From NCBI GenBank assembly GCA_000320545.1, contig ADNK01001529.1, forward strand, positions 36,807 to 100,806: DNA of 64,000 bases, in the 5' to 3' direction. The position numbers and the translations under genes are program-made. This stretch comes from Bigelowiella natans CCMP2755 (lineage: Eukaryota > Protista > Cercozoa). Shown here piece by piece: positions 48,833 through 63,348 of this stretch. Below the pieces are notes generated by a model that searched no databases, was not told the DNA's origin, and saw only the letters and a program-made list of their open reading frames with translations. The first letter of the stretch is position 1; each line of letters opens with the position of its first letter.

Positions 48833-50842
48833 CAGTAGTAGTTGTTGCTGCTGTTGTAGTAGTTCTATTTCTGAGATATCATATGCGTTGACTGCAATGC
48901 TTGTGGTCTGATGCGATGCGAAGATACTGACATGCTTTAGCCAAATCCACCCCTCCACTCACTCGCACAAAGGCACGTAGAGAGAAAAGAGGGGTGGGGG
49001 GGAGGGGATAGAGGAATAACACAGTGCTGACATCGTGTATTGCAGGAAATAACACCACAAGCAACTCAAGCACAGAAGGTATCGTATCACAGCGAGGGGC
49101 GGCTACATTTGGCATATTTATTTGAAATAATAATAATGATGATGATGATGATGATGATGATAACAAACACGTGTAGACCTGTGTCTGTGCCCGATTTGTA
49201 CATAATCTGGTGATAAGATGAGGTACGTGTTCCTGGTGAGCCGTGATATAGGCGCAGGATTGTTCGCAACCATAGCGGTAAGATTCCGTAGAAAAACCAT
49301 GTCCCTATACCCACCTGAGACGATCCGTCTGCATTTAGCAACTGTGATTGAAGATAAGGATGTTTTTCTAATTATATGCCAGCGTGCAGAAGAGAGGGAG
49401 TGTGTGTGTGTGGGGGGGGGGGGGGGGGTCAGGGAAGGCTAATGACAATCAGGATAAAATTTCGCCCCTTTTAATCTGCGCGGAGCAAATCAAGAAGTTT
49501 CACAATCACTTAGCGTCCATCATCCTCCCCGCCTCACACTACCATATATCCCTCATCCTCCTCCTCCTCATCCTCCCAGGCAATGGTGCTGCTCGGTGTA
49601 TTGGCAAGTGCGTGTGATCCATCACCTAGGCGTCCGCTGCTCCATCTCGTCGAGCACAAGCCTCTACATGTACCGAAGCTTATGTTTCAAAACGTGTATG
49701 TAGTAGCATCAATTTCGAGATGTGCTGTTTCCCCCCTACCGATAACAAAACGAAGATATACCCGTTTTGTTTGGCGGTGCGGTTCAATGTAACCTCAGCG
49801 ACTGGAAGTATTCGCCCAAATGAGGCGACTTCTTCGTGAGAAGCAACTTGCCCATTTTATTTTTCGAGAAAGACTCAAGGAGTTTGCTGCTGCTCTTCTT
49901 CCTCCTCCTCCTCCTCCTCCTCCTCCTCCTCCTCCTCCTCTTCCTCATTTCTCTTCACATTATGGCCAATATCAACAATGGACGAAACCAACCCCGTTGT
50001 GTTTATGCTCTCCGACGCCCCGACTTACAACGATACGGTGACAATCCTCAGGAAAACGTCGCATATGCATTCTGGCCGTACTTCGTCTCGGGGATATTCT
50101 TGTTCTTCGCTGCGTTTGGTTTACTCGGCGTCTGCATGTTTCTGGTATTAGCAAGGCACTAACAAACGGAAGGGAAGGAGACTCATCCATTCTGCCATCA
50201 TCTATCGTGCGTCGATAACTAGGATGGGTGCACGCTGAAAAGGGGAGGGGGGATAATTGGGAGCGAGTCTGATGACTTGTTGCTGCCTTCTGCGATCAGC
50301 AAACATCGGGGTTTGGCGGTGATGATGACCTTCCTCCTTGTGGTTTCGACTTTTGTAACGTATTCTTGCTGGAACGTCGTTCTCCCACCCCTTCTTAGAT
50401 GCACTTGTGTACTGGGGGAGATCCCTGTAATTGGGAATGCAGGGACTGCGGGCCTTGCTACTGCTATGGTTATTTCCCCGACGATTTTGACTCTAACCTG
50501 CATAAACTAAGGAAATCTTCTTTTAGTGAGTCCTAAGCCTTTTTACACCCTGTCCCCCACCCCCCCCCTTCTTCTTTGCTCTCTCCCCACTCATCTCTCG
50601 TTCCAAGGTGTGGACGGGCGCTGCTGCTGTTGTTGTGAAGGTAGGAGAGCACCTGCACATATGAATGGTGATAAGAATGACTCGCTGATGGAGGTTATTG
50701 ACAATATTTTGGAATTAATTCTCATCAGAGGGGGGGGGGTGTTGCGCGTGTGAAGGAGCGGCCGATTGCTGCTTCGCAGATGGCGCGGGGGCAGTAGCAG
50801 GTGGAAATTTTTCTCTGCTCTACTTGAATGTTAAGTGTGTGG

Positions 50843-50879
<37 letters not shown>

Positions 50880-50922
50880 GGAGAGAGATTATGTGTGCAT
50901 ATATTATCCAAGTATATTTATG

Positions 50923-50960
<38 letters not shown>

Positions 50961-51186
50961 ATTAATACATATATTACGCATATGCGTATACGAATCTCAT
51001 TAGCCTTCTTTTGATGATCTTAATAAAGAGGGAGATGGCGCGGTCGCGTGTATGGCGATTGCGGTTATAGTTCTGGCAGCTATAGGCATCTTTGTAGGGG
51101 TAAGAGTCATTCAGGAATTAGGCACTGTAGCAGCAGTCAAATGCATGCGCAATGAGCGTGCGTGTGCATATGTGTGTGTGTAGTTA

Positions 51187-51226
<40 letters not shown>

Positions 51227-51488
51227 ATATGTGTGTGTGTGTGTGTGTTCGAGTGAACACAAGCTAGCTTAGAGTACCACGATGCTGAGTACGTTCGCAT
51301 ATAAAATTTGGGAAGAACAGAGTCTTATATGGCTGGAAAGAGAGGGGGGAATAAATCGATGGGAAGAGATACATTGTAGACCTTACATATTGATCAGATC
51401 GCGTTCGCTATCGTGTCAGTGCAGAAGATACTGCGGAAGCATATGCAAGTATGTTTCCTTAATTCAATCAAACTAAGTGTTTGTGTGT

Positions 51489-51526
<38 letters not shown>

Positions 51527-51642
51527 TATTTGTGTGTGCGTGTGTATGTGTGTGTGCGCGCGCGTGTGCGACGAGCATGAGAACAAATTATTTTGCGCCA
51601 ATCGTATCCTGACTGTTATGAAGCTATTTATATGCATATATA

Positions 51643-51688
<46 letters not shown>

Positions 51689-51743
51689 TATATTATTTTG
51701 TACGCTGTGCAACCTATATTTCTTGTCGATCGTCGATCGTTAA

Positions 51744-51779
<36 letters not shown>

Positions 51780-51872
51780 ACATGCGTGTAGGTTCTGTGG
51801 CTTCGTGGCGAGGCAGCTCGCATAGTCGTGCTTGATCTTTCTCAGCACCCAGAGCATTTGGTTGATGCTTAA
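47509..51872 (+). CDS. RING-CH (RINGv/MARCH-type) membrane E3 ubiquitin ligase
   Basis: Exons ACRICFDGPES|GELIAPCRCSGGQKW|IHRSCLDNWRSQ|...FTRCPTCHFDY, followed by TM exons (YFVSGIFLFFAAFGLLG; MAIAVIVLAAIGIFVG); last exon ends HLVDA*. Confidence 0.85.
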
Positions 51873-52844
51873 CTTGTCTCAGCCGCCTAGCCTGATACGA
51901 AATCAACATACTTTTGTCGCCTTCGTGATCTGCATCCGCTTCTTAGTTGCGATATAATCGATTATTGTGCCACTAATATTTAATTATGCATAGCTGTCCC
52001 ACATGCACTGATCAGCGCCATGGATTTACATGGTACACATCTGTCTTTTCAATGACAACGTCCAGCAGCATCTAGAGTAGTACGCAGAAGCAAGTGCAGC
52101 CAAATGGTGTGGAATCAATCGTACGATGACGTACGCAGATGCTAGCTAGCGCACAAAAATTTCCCGTCGTTGACTAATGCAGCTACTGCTCTAGTGACAA
52201 GCTAGTACACAGCTACGGTACGCTTTGCATTGGATACATTACTGTTGAAAAAATGCATCCTTTCATCACGCATCCGCTCTCACACGCATGCCGTGTTACG
52301 TGTATATAATAAGTATAATATGGGCGCACCTGTATACGTAGCAGCGGCCACGGTACGTACGTTACGTAGGTACGCTAGGCCTATGGACGATACTAGATTA
52401 TGCTAACACACGCAAGATTGCGACGGGTCGGGTGTGATGTGGGCTTTCGATCATCGAGCCTAGGGGTCCATCTAGCTATATAGCATGCGAGCACGCATCG
52501 CAGCTTGGTGACTACACACGCACGGCATGATCATCTGTCGATCTACATATAGCAGCTCCTTGTTGCGAGGCTGTACGTGTATACCACAAACTAGCTACCG
52601 CAATGATACACATGGAGGGAATGATAAAGCATGTAATGCTTTGAAATCTAACCCAGCACATGACTGTCATCAGCCAACGAGGCGGTATTGGATATGCTGT
52701 AGAGTTAGTGCATGGAGGAGGTAAGTAATGGTTACCAACTACATCTACTTATTATTTGCGAGGATGGTGATTCATCGATAATGTACGGCTAAATCCGGGC
52801 GTCTTTGCTGCTCCTGGTTGCACGTATCATGCAGCCTTCATTTG

Positions 52845-53388
52845 TCACATCAATGGCTCTTGAGAATTTCTCTCACGGCCCGATGGCAGGTCTCCACTCT
52901 CACTCTCCGTTTGACATTGGCCACTCTTACACTCCGTTTCTTCGTCCTCCATGGGATCTTCAATCTCGCTCGCATCATCACAGCAGTTTCTAGCGTGTCG
53001 CAGGGTCACAGCGGCTGGGCTGCGTTTTCGTGATTTCCCCCCATTCTTCCTCTCCCGACGATACTTCGCATCGGCAACGATCTTATCCACCCCAGGAGCG
53101 AAGAGCCGCAAATTAAGGATCATGACGCACAATTCGCACCAGTAGAAAACTCCATAGAGGATATGGCAATGCTGCTTGTGTATGCTGGGACATCTGCGTT
53201 TGGAGGCATGTACACGCCACAATCAAGAAACCATCGAACATATCATCATCTTAGAAACGGTAAGGGGTACTACTGACCCTGTGGCGGAGGCCGAGATCCA
53301 CACCCCGCTCTTTAAGCAGAAGAATACTGCACGGACGGAGAAGCAAAGAGAAAGAGGAAAATAGGAAGAATTAGTGTGCTGATAAAAA

Positions 53389-53441
<53 letters not shown>

Positions 53442-53704
53442 CTTCTCTTCGTGAACGCTTTCGATCCGATGAAATCGTGGAAAACAACATCGGCAGGCAG
53501 AAGGCAAATAGAGAGATCCAGTGGAAAATAATCGTTGGTTTTGATGATGATCGTTAGTGATAAACTTGCTTGTTGCATAACAGTACTGCGACACAGGGGA
53601 AATACATCTTACCGCTGAGAACAATAGCAAACCATTCTAACCGCTTTCTAATTTGCTCTTGGCCATCTACAAGAATAGTAGCGTTGAGTGGGCATACGTA
53701 CAAT

Positions 53705-53774
<70 letters not shown>

Positions 53775-53801
53775 ATAATAAATATATACATATAAAAGAG
53801 A

Positions 53802-53847
<46 letters not shown>

Positions 53848-54716
53848 GTATTTATACATATATAATATATTAATATATAATGTGTGTGTTGATAATATGA
53901 TACCCCGATGGCGAATGCCTCTCCTTGTCTTAGTTCCCAGCTCTTTGTAGTTTTCATCACCGAAGATGCGTTTCATCTTCCTCGACAACCAGAGGCCGTA
54001 GACCAGAAAGATGGACGAGAAACAGGCGCAGGTAAGGGCAAAGAAAATGCCGCCGTAGTACAGGGAGTCTCGGATGTATCCAGTCGAATAAAAGATGCAC
54101 AGGGTCACAAAGCAAGTTACCACGAAGAAGTTTGAGAACCATATCCTATATCTGAAGGCTGAAAGAGGTTTCTTCGAGAGGCCTTTGTTGTGTACCTTGG
54201 AAGAATCGGGGGCAATATTATCAGATTTGGTTGTTGAGGAGGAGGAGGAGGGTATTATCGGTGAAGGCAAACCATTGAAATCCAGCTGAAGCTGATGAGG
54301 GTGTGATTTGAGAACGCAATCACATACGGCAGGATGAACAATGCCGTTTTGAGAGGAAGCGATGGGATATCCCAAAAGGGCTGAATGAAAGAAACCATCT
54401 CGGTTATACAGCCACGTCATGATCACGTTCGTGGTGTTTTGTGGGATTGATCAAAGAGCGCAACCATTCGAGTGAAGAGTGAGAGAATCCTGAAGAAGCT
54501 CGTCAGGATCAGAAGAAGTGTCACGATGTGAACGTGCTTTGAGAAGAGTTTCTCTCCCGATCGCCACAACCGATACCCCTGGACGGACGCGACCATGCAT
54601 AGAATCCCATAGACGACTAGTTATCAAAGCAAGAATGAGAATGGAGCGTGGATCATTAATGAAGGACACGGGTTAGTAAACCTATCGCAACTATCCGATA
54701 CGCCGGAACAACCATG
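52845..54716 (-). CDS. Multi-pass membrane protein (possibly THH1/TOM1/GPR137-like); start approximate
   Basis: Hydrophobic exons IWFSNFFVVTCFVTLCIFY, YYGGIFFALTCACFSSIFLVYGLWLSRKMKR and ILYGVFYWCELCVMILNLRLF. Confidence 0.5.
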
Positions 54717-54995
54717 ATAATTCCATTAAGGATTCGACTTTCGAATACCGTATCCTACCGCCCCTTTTTACTTTCTACGTCATCTGCATTCTCTTGTCGC
54801 AATCATGAACTGGCTGATTCCGCACCTTACTTGTAATTTTAAATTATGGGAGAGGAACATATGTCGCACCGTAAAAGTTCACTGCGTTATCTACTTAATA
54901 CAGAATCCCCGGAAAACATCGGGCACAAAACGTCAACATCTGCCCATTGTCGAAAACAGTAAGAACAAACTAATGGCTTCCACGCCTGATCAAAG

Positions 54996-56996
54996 ATGAA
55001 AGTAGAACCCTCAAACCGCAACCGCAGCAGCGGCAGCGTCGTACGAGTCAAGGCTGAAGTGACCTCAGCCGAATCAACTGTAGGAGTGGAAGGCGGCTTA
55101 GACAATGACTTAGTTGCTGCAAGGCTGCGAGATGGAGGATGGATTCCCCTCCAAGCTGGTGGCCCTCAGCATCTGCGACTGGATATCACCCTGGAGAATG
55201 GCCAGGTTTTCTCCTGGGAGCAGAATAAAAACGATAATAGTGTTTGGCATGGGGTCATGGAAGATAGAGTCGTATCTCTAAAGGAGACTCCCGCCGACGT
55301 GTGGTATCACGTCTCTCCGCCCCTTCACGAAGCTGCCGGGCCCAGATTTCATCAATTCCTTAGACAGTACTTCAACCTGCATTTGACGTCGTTTTCTCTT
55401 CCTGAAATAGCTCAGAAATGGCACGAGGCAGATGCACTCCGATTGGGGCCTATCTGCACGACGCACCTTCCAGGGCTGCGGCTGATCAGACAAGATCCGT
55501 TCGAGTGTACCATCGGTTTCATCTGCTCCTCCAACAACAACATCAAGCGAATCAAACTCATGCTTAACAACCTACGAAGAACGTATGGACGTTGCATCAA
55601 TATTAACCATCGCCAATGCAAGAAGTCTGTCAAAGAAGAAGGGGGGGGGGGGGCGCAGCCGGGATCGGCTGGGAAGTCCTCCTTGTCATCATCGCTGTCT
55701 TCAGCAAGAAGCTACTACACCTTTCCAACTGCGGAGGCCCTTGCAAATGCTACAGAGCAAGAACTGAGGGATTTGGGCTTTGGTTATCGGGCCAAATATG
55801 TCGTCAATTCCGCGGCTATAATTCTCGGAAATGGTGGCCGGAGCTGGCTCGAGGCGTTGCGAGGCAGCGATAAGTCGCAGGAGGAGGTGCGCGAGTCGCT
55901 ACTGCAGCTTCCTGGGGTCGGTCCCAAGGTGGCGGACTGCATTGCTTTGTTCAGCCTAGACAAGTTCGCGTGCGTCCCCATCGACACGCACGTGTGGCAG
56001 CTGGTGGAGCGGGAGTACAAACATATCATTACTGGCGGCACCAAAACGCTTACCAAGCGCGTCTATGCGGAGATTTCGAGCTATTTTCTGGGAGCTTTCG
56101 GGCCGTATTGCGGCTGGGCTCTTTCCTTCCTCTTCGCTGCTGAGCTGCCGCGTTTCCAGCCGCGCCTCCCTCTTAGCCTCCAGCTGTCTCCGAGAAGCAG
56201 GAAGAAGAAGAAGAAGATGACGAACAAGGAGGGAGAGAATACTAGCACGAAGATCACGAGCAAAAGCAAGCCGCGCCAGCATCAACAACACTCAACACAG
56301 ATGAAAGTTTCGAATAATGCATCCATTAGCACCGTTTCTCCAGCCGGTATGGGGGGGGGGGGTGGAGGTGATTCGGATGAAAAAGGAATGGGGCAACAAA
56401 CAAGGAAGAAGAAGAAGGGGGGGGGGAGAAAAGTGCGAAAGATGATGTTGAGCCGGCAGAAGGACACCGAGCCTGTGGCTGATGAGCCAGAAAAGAAGCC
56501 AAGAAGACTTACGGAGAAAGTCAAGATGCAACGCTGCCAGCGTCGCACTTCAACGAAGAGAAGACCAAACACCGACGTTTCAAGCGCTCAGCAAGCAGAG
56601 ACGGTGATGACAATGGTGGGGGAGGAGCGTAACAGGCAATTGAAGAGAAGACGGAAGAAGGTGAAAGAGGAGAAGATGGAACCTGCAGAGAAGAGGATGC
56701 TCACCATCAAAAGCTCAGGGCGAGGCAGAGACGGCGCTGTCGCTTCAGTCGCTACAACAGCAACATCGAACCTGCCTTTGTCAACGTATGAACGAGAGGG
56801 CAGTAACAGCATTAATCGTGTATGGAAGCGACAACGAAAGTCACGAATAAAAAGTCACAGTTCAGTCGCCAAAGATGCTGGAGGCGAACCAAAGAAGACG
56901 ATGATAGTTGAACAAACAGCAGCAGATAAAGAGGCAATCGCTCCATCCCTCTCTCACCAGCTTCGGAGGTCGGTGGCTCTAGGATTGAGGATTTGA
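54996..56996 (+). CDS. OGG1: 8-oxoguanine DNA glycosylase/AP lyase with long basic C-terminal extension
   Basis: LDITLENGQVFSW, GLRLIRQDPFEC..FICSSNNNIKRI, LGFGYRAKY, and the HhH-GPD motif LPGVGPKVADCIALFSLDK..VPIDTHVWQ with the catalytic Lys and Asp. Confidence 0.95.
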   Translation: MKVEPSNRNRSSGSVVRVKAEVTSAESTVGVEGGLDNDLVAARLRDGGWIPLQAGGPQHLRLDITLENGQVFSWEQNKNDNSVWHGVMEDRVVSLKETPADVWYHVSPPLHEAAGPRFHQFLRQYFNLHLTSFSLPEIAQKWHEADALRLGPICTTHLPGLRLIRQDPFECTIGFICSSNNNIKRIKLMLNNLRRTYGRCININHRQCKKSVKEEGGGGAQPGSAGKSSLSSSLSSARSYYTFPTAEALANATEQELRDLGFGYRAKYVVNSAAIILGNGGRSWLEALRGSDKSQEEVRESLLQLPGVGPKVADCIALFSLDKFACVPIDTHVWQLVEREYKHIITGGTKTLTKRVYAEISSYFLGAFGPYCGWALSFLFAAELPRFQPRLPLSLQLSPRSRKKKKKMTNKEGENTSTKITSKSKPRQHQQHSTQMKVSNNASISTVSPAGMGGGGGGDSDEKGMGQQTRKKKKGGGRKVRKMMLSRQKDTEPVADEPEKKPRRLTEKVKMQRCQRRTSTKRRPNTDVSSAQQAETVMTMVGEERNRQLKRRRKKVKEEKMEPAEKRMLTIKSSGRGRDGAVASVATTATSNLPLSTYEREGSNSINRVWKRQRKSRIKSHSSVAKDAGGEPKKTMIVEQTAADKEAIAPSLSHQLRRSVALGLRI

Positions 56997-57927
56997 CGGC
57001 GGGTGGCATGGAGAGACAAGATGCTGCATCGTGCTCATGTGTGTGTATGTACGCCATCATAGGCAGCGCTCCTATTTATTAAATAAGAAATAGTGCATTC
57101 GTTATTAACGCTCGTCTCGTGCAGAAAATAAATGCATATTCATCATGCTAGCATGGACTAATGTAATTGTGGTCACAAAACAGTGCAACCAGGCCTACGA
57201 GCTATTTGGCTACTCATGCACTACGTGCTTTGCTGGTGTGCACGAGCGGTGCTGCGCGTGATCTTGTATGCACATGTATGTGCAGCATCGCCATTATAAC
57301 GCGGCGCAATCGCAAGTTCTTAAAACATTAAACGATTCTTGCACACCACACTAGCATAATTATCATAGCATGGCAGCGGGCGGCACACACACACACACAC
57401 ACACACACCATCGTCCGTGTGCACTTGTCTGCACAAGTAACACATCGTAAGTGACGTATGACAACGTAATGCATTATGTGCATCTTATTTTGTTGACATG
57501 CTGACACTTTGTTGCACCGCGTACTCACATAGTCAGCTATGTGGCTGCACTATTTCAACACGCAGCTAGCACATCTCGATCATAACCATGCGCCTATATT
57601 GAAACACATCAGCAGGATTCAGGATGCCATTCCGCATGGAGCTCTCCTTGCACTCGGGGCAAAAACTGAAGTATTTTGTAAATATGGAAATATAAGTACA
57701 AAACAAGAGAAGAAGCGATTAACGGATGGACGCTCACAAGAAACTTTTCGCCCTCATCCCACAAAAGAGAATGAGTTTCTTCGTGTATCGTGGAGTGCAT
57801 AAGCGTTCAATTTACATTCTCTTCCATTTCATTTGATCATTAATTAAAAAAGCAAACACCAAAAGCTTCGCCTTTTCAAAGCGCGAAAATATATCTCAGT
57901 TTTTTTGTTAACAACACAAATATGAAT

Positions 57928-58122
57928 TCACAAAACTATCTCCACAACCGTGAGGGCCAGGTACGCCATAAAACGGTATCCGAAGCAGATCACGATCAGC
58001 ACCTACATATATACAGGGAGGAAAAAATAAATAAAATTTCGAGACAAGACAGCGCAAATAAAGCGCAAGGAAGGGGAGGGAATAGCATGCATAAACACAC
58101 ACACACACACGCAAATCGGGGG

Positions 58123-58173
<51 letters not shown>

Positions 58174-58820
58174 CTTTGGTGGCGTTTGAAAAAACCGCTA
58201 CAAAGGCAGATTGGCAAAACAAGCACAATACACATAAGATCAGATCAACCATTAGGCTGCTGCGGAGACTGGAATGAAACCCATAATACTCCTTCACCTC
58301 CTCCCCCGTCTCTAGGCACTGAGCAAAGGCCTGATAAAAACCATTCCAATGCGTTTATTTGGGGGAGTAGTGAGAAGAAGAAGAAGAAAAACAAGTGTTT
58401 TTCACGATTTACCATATCGTCACAGGAGAACTGCATATGCTTCAACTCGACATCCACAACAAGCTCACTGGAGAACCTGCTCTCGAGATGTGATGGTTGG
58501 GAAAAGAAAGGCGGGTAAGAGACAAGGGAAAAAAATATGAAATGAATCGTGAAGAGCTGCACATTTTCTAACATCGTCAATATGGCCTTGCTTTCTCTCT
58601 GTCTTTCACGAACAAAACCATTCGTATATGCCCGGCCTCGCCTCCTTCCATGGCTGTTGTTACCTTAGTGGGTTTAAGTTGAGGATTGCGTCCACAATCT
58701 TCGGCATCTTGCTCTGATTCCAGATACAATAAAAGGCGTATGAGGGCGGGGGGGGGGGAAGAGAGGAATGGGGATGTGCAAAACGACACCCAGTCTGATA
58801 AAGAGGAGAATCTTGAGAAG

Positions 58821-58859
<39 letters not shown>

Positions 58860-61800
58860 CCACAACCACAACCACAACCACAACCACCGACCCATATCCC
58901 CATGCCAACCTCTTCCAACGACTACTTAGTTCGCATGCATCGAGTGAGGAGGAAGGGGAGGGGGGGGGAAAGAAAGAGAGAGGGGAAGGCGCCGCCGCAT
59001 CTCCGCACAACAACAACAACAACAACAACAACAAGAATAAGAACAGCTTGCCCAAACCTCCACCGCAACCACCAGCACCACCACCGAATGCTACGTGGCA
59101 GGTGACAGCACAAACTGTGACAGCACAAACTTACCGTGAGAAAGCCAGTCGTGATCTGAAATACCCCCAGGTTGATGGAGATGAGTGACAAGGCGAAACC
59201 GACTTGACGAAAACACGCACAGTAGAGCATGCCGACACTCTCCCCGAACCCCACGACGAAGAACACGCCTGGTTTGTGTGCGTGCAGTGTCAGATGAGTG
59301 AATGCGGGTAAATATATCGTTGCGAGAGGCAGAAAGTAGCAGCAGTAGTAATAGGTAGTAGAGGTAGTGGTGGTAGAGTATAGTAGAAGTTGTAGCAGGA
59401 GCAGGGGTGGTATTTGTTGTCGCACCAGATCCCAACACGACGATGGCGGTTATGCTGGCCTGAAAGAGAAGGAAATAAAAGAAGAAGAAGAAGAAGAAGA
59501 AGAAGAAGAAGAAGAAGAAAAAAAGGTCATTCGAGAATCGCAAGATAATAGAACACTTACACATAGTTAGATTCCACCCGCATTATCATGTGTACTATCA
59601 CAGTATACTAAATTTCAAGTGCTTTTGTGACAGGGGCGATGGTCTATATGTGTTTTCTTTTAATACCGAACCCCATGTACACCCTGCCATTAATAATGGC
59701 AAGTTATAACAAGATACATACCGGCGAGAGAATCAACTACCCCCTCCCCCCCCTCATACTAACCACTCTGACCTCTAGCCCAGCCGTGAGGGTTATCATC
59801 AGGGCATAAATCATGCTGCAAAGGAACCTGCATACACACACGTACTCACACACAATACAAGTGAATAACAAAATCGCCCTCTATCATCAAACATATCATG
59901 CGCACATAATACATCCGCCCCCCCCCTAAAACACACACAACACACACCCGAACGGAAGCTCCAAGGCGCAGTACGACAAGAAGAATGCCAAGGTAGAGTA
60001 GCGGCCATCTACCCCATACCAGCCATCATGGCCACCACAACAGCAAGAAGAATAGCAGAGAAGAATAATAGCAGTGAGATTTAGAAACTCTACGTCCTCC
60101 CCCCTACACTTCCTCCCCCCCCCCTCCCCCCCAAAAACCCCTCCTCCCTCCTCTCCACCGCAGTCCATGATAACCACATCGTCCATCAATCATCAGAATG
60201 GGCATCGTCACCATCATCGGCTATCGTTACCAGCTCGCTCACGGTGAAAAACGTCGCGTTGGGAGGGGAAGAGTGCTGCACAGTTCAGCATTCCGACGAA
60301 GACCTGAGAACAACGCGAACACACACACACACACACACACACACCCGCAATTATCATCGACTGAAACTGAACGTTGTCTGTGTCACGATTGACTGAATAG
60401 TCCGCAAAGTGCTGTTGTTTTTGTTGTTGGTACCAGAGCTTGTGTCTCCCATAATAAGTTCATGATATTCACGATTCCGACCTGTACACACGCACACACA
60501 CGCACACACACGCGCGCGCGCAGGGATGGAGAGAAAGAGGGAGGGAGAGAAAGAGAGAGATGAATCACTAACGTTGAGTAATGGAGACACACAGTGATGA
60601 GCTTAAATCTAGTGCTTTGACCAAACAATCACCTGTGTTTTTGACGTTTGCCAGAAGAATATTGACATAATGATTCCGAAACTCAAAATCTAGTCGAGGG
60701 GGATGGAAGGAAAAGAGGGGGGGGGGTTTAAGCAAGATTTAAGCGAGCGGATGCATGTGCTACGGCGAGGACAACTGGCTGCTAAAGAATGAAGGAGCGC
60801 AAGATATCCACCCACGCCCGATAGGCCAACATGCTACCACCTGCATGAAGCGCGCAAGAATCATGATTGGCTGCCGGAAAAAGTTCAGAGACGACCGCCG
60901 GAACAATATCTGCATTCAACGACAAAATCAAGGATTGACTGGAGATAGAGGGAGAACGACTCGATGCGGCACATTACCACAAACGCCGTCAGCAACGGCA
61001 TCATGTCCACTGGTTTTGGTCGTCTCGCTTCAGGCGATTCAGCTGCCATCTTATCCTTGTTGTTGTTTTTGTTGTTGTGTTGTTGTTCTTGTAGCCATCT
61101 CCCATCATTGCACGATGGGCATCATAAATACCCTCCTCGCCTCCCTGCATAGCGAGAGTGACTCTGGTAAGAAGTCGGAGAGGTTTCCTTCGTGGACGGG
61201 AGCAGTTTGCCGTTGCTGCTGACTAACGTCGTTTTCGGCCCGATTCTTCCTGAGCTTCTCTTCACGCGCCCAAGCCGCCCAGATCTCCTCGATTTGAGGG
61301 ACTCTGTGACTTTTCCTCTTCTCCTTCTTCTTCTTCGTCATCGTCGTCTGATTACTCTGCTGTCTCCTATCACCGTGCTTCCGATTATTTTTCGCATCGG
61401 CGAACGAAAGCAGCCCGCTTTGCTTCGAGTCACCAGCAAAACCATCTCTTTTCTCCTCCCCGGGCGACAACAGAAACCCTTCTTCGTCATCGGGGCTGCT
61501 GCCGTCTCTTGGCATGAGCAAGCTGAGGAGGTGTTCTGGAACGCTCACGTGCGGGGGGGCAGGTGAATCGAACGTGCGGCGAAAGTACTCTGCGGCCTCT
61601 GCTGCCGCGCCGCTATAGCACACGCGCCCTTTCCCAACCAGAACCATCGTCGAGAAACCTTGAGGAAAGAAGATAAGGTGTTTGTCATCTACGATTTAAT
61701 CTAGACATAGATAGACTAGCGAGCCCCCCCCCCCACCCCTCTCTCACCGACACTGATGTGTATAGTATGAGGAAATGAACCGTTGTACAGCTCTGGACGC

Positions 61801-62398
61801 GGCTGGTGTATCGTTGCTATGATCGTCGCATGGGTGCGAGCCAAGCCCTTCGATTAGGTGAAATAAGACGGAGGAGGAATGAGCAGTTTGGTGGCTTAAA
61901 TTTCGTCATCATTACTCTCTGCGAGCTTCAAAGCTTTCAGAAACATCAACACGCGCGGGCGTGCGCGCACAAACACACACAATCACACACACAATCACAC
62001 ACACACACACACAATCACACATATATATAGCCATCCAATGGACGATAACACCATGCCTCACCTTAAGCGTATTCACGAGCCTGACCGACGACGCCGCATC
62101 GAGGCTGAGGCGCAATATCATATAAAAACCAAAACATTTTCAGGCTTTAACATAATATGGAACCAGTAGTACTATAGCCAGGAATTAAAGGAGAGGGGGG
62201 GGCATGAATAGACAGAAACGCGAGGGGAAAATCAGCGATATCATCATCAACACCCTCCTTCTCACACTCGAAACAGCACCCGGTAGTTGGTTCATCTAAC
62301 AGCAAAATCGCCGGCTTCGTGACGAGGTAGGATCCTGAGCAGTCGGCGGTGGTGGTGGGGATGATAGAGAAGACATTCATGCTTCCGAACACACTTTA

Positions 62399-62440
<42 letters not shown>

Positions 62441-62512
62441 AGCACACTTTTTATGGGATTATGGTGGTGAAATATGCTGCTGATCCTATGGACGACTGCA
62501 CAATCATGCTCT

Positions 62513-62557
<45 letters not shown>

Positions 62558-63303
62558 TCACTCTCTCACTCTCTTCGTGAGCAATGTCCCCCTCACCACC
62601 ATGAGACACATGGGGTTCATAATCATCAGCACTATTATTGATGAACGATCAGGTCGTGCATGTGCAACCAATCGCAGCTCTTCGTCTTTCCCCGCCAGAG
62701 CAGAGAGAGAGCTGAGGCAAGTAGGAATGCTGTTAGAAATTGCTTTCCTTTTGATTGTTGTATAGGAAAGTAGTCGGTGTCGATGGATTTGCGCGTGGCT
62801 GATGCACCGCTATTATTACCAGATTATCCGCGCAGTCCACCAGGCCTGAGAGACAGGATATGTAGGGTTTTAAGTCGCATACACACGCACACACGCACAC
62901 ACGCACACAGTGATACGTGCTCAACGCGGCGGTGTGCACGAACCTAATTGCCGTATGATCTGCTCTGCATCCTCGCTCGGCTTTCCGGAGAGTGAAGCTG
63001 CAAGACACGAAAACACCGGACGCGTAAGTGCGAAAGAACGACTCCCATGCTGCTCTTTGTATTCACAAGACTGCTAAACAAGCTATCACGATCATGCTAA
63101 ATCTCCCAGTAGCGGCGCCGCTGCATGTGTTGTTTTCCTTTGCAATCGAAAATGGTTTTTTGGAGGGGGTTCGTGACCTGCGAACTGAATTGTTTCCACC
63201 ACAGTAAGTCCCTAGAGGGGGCGGGGAGACCAGCGCGATGAGAGGAGGAGGAAGAGAAGAAAATGTGATACAGGAACGAGCGAGCGAGAGAGAGAGAAAG
63301 AAA

Positions 63304-63348
<45 letters not shown>

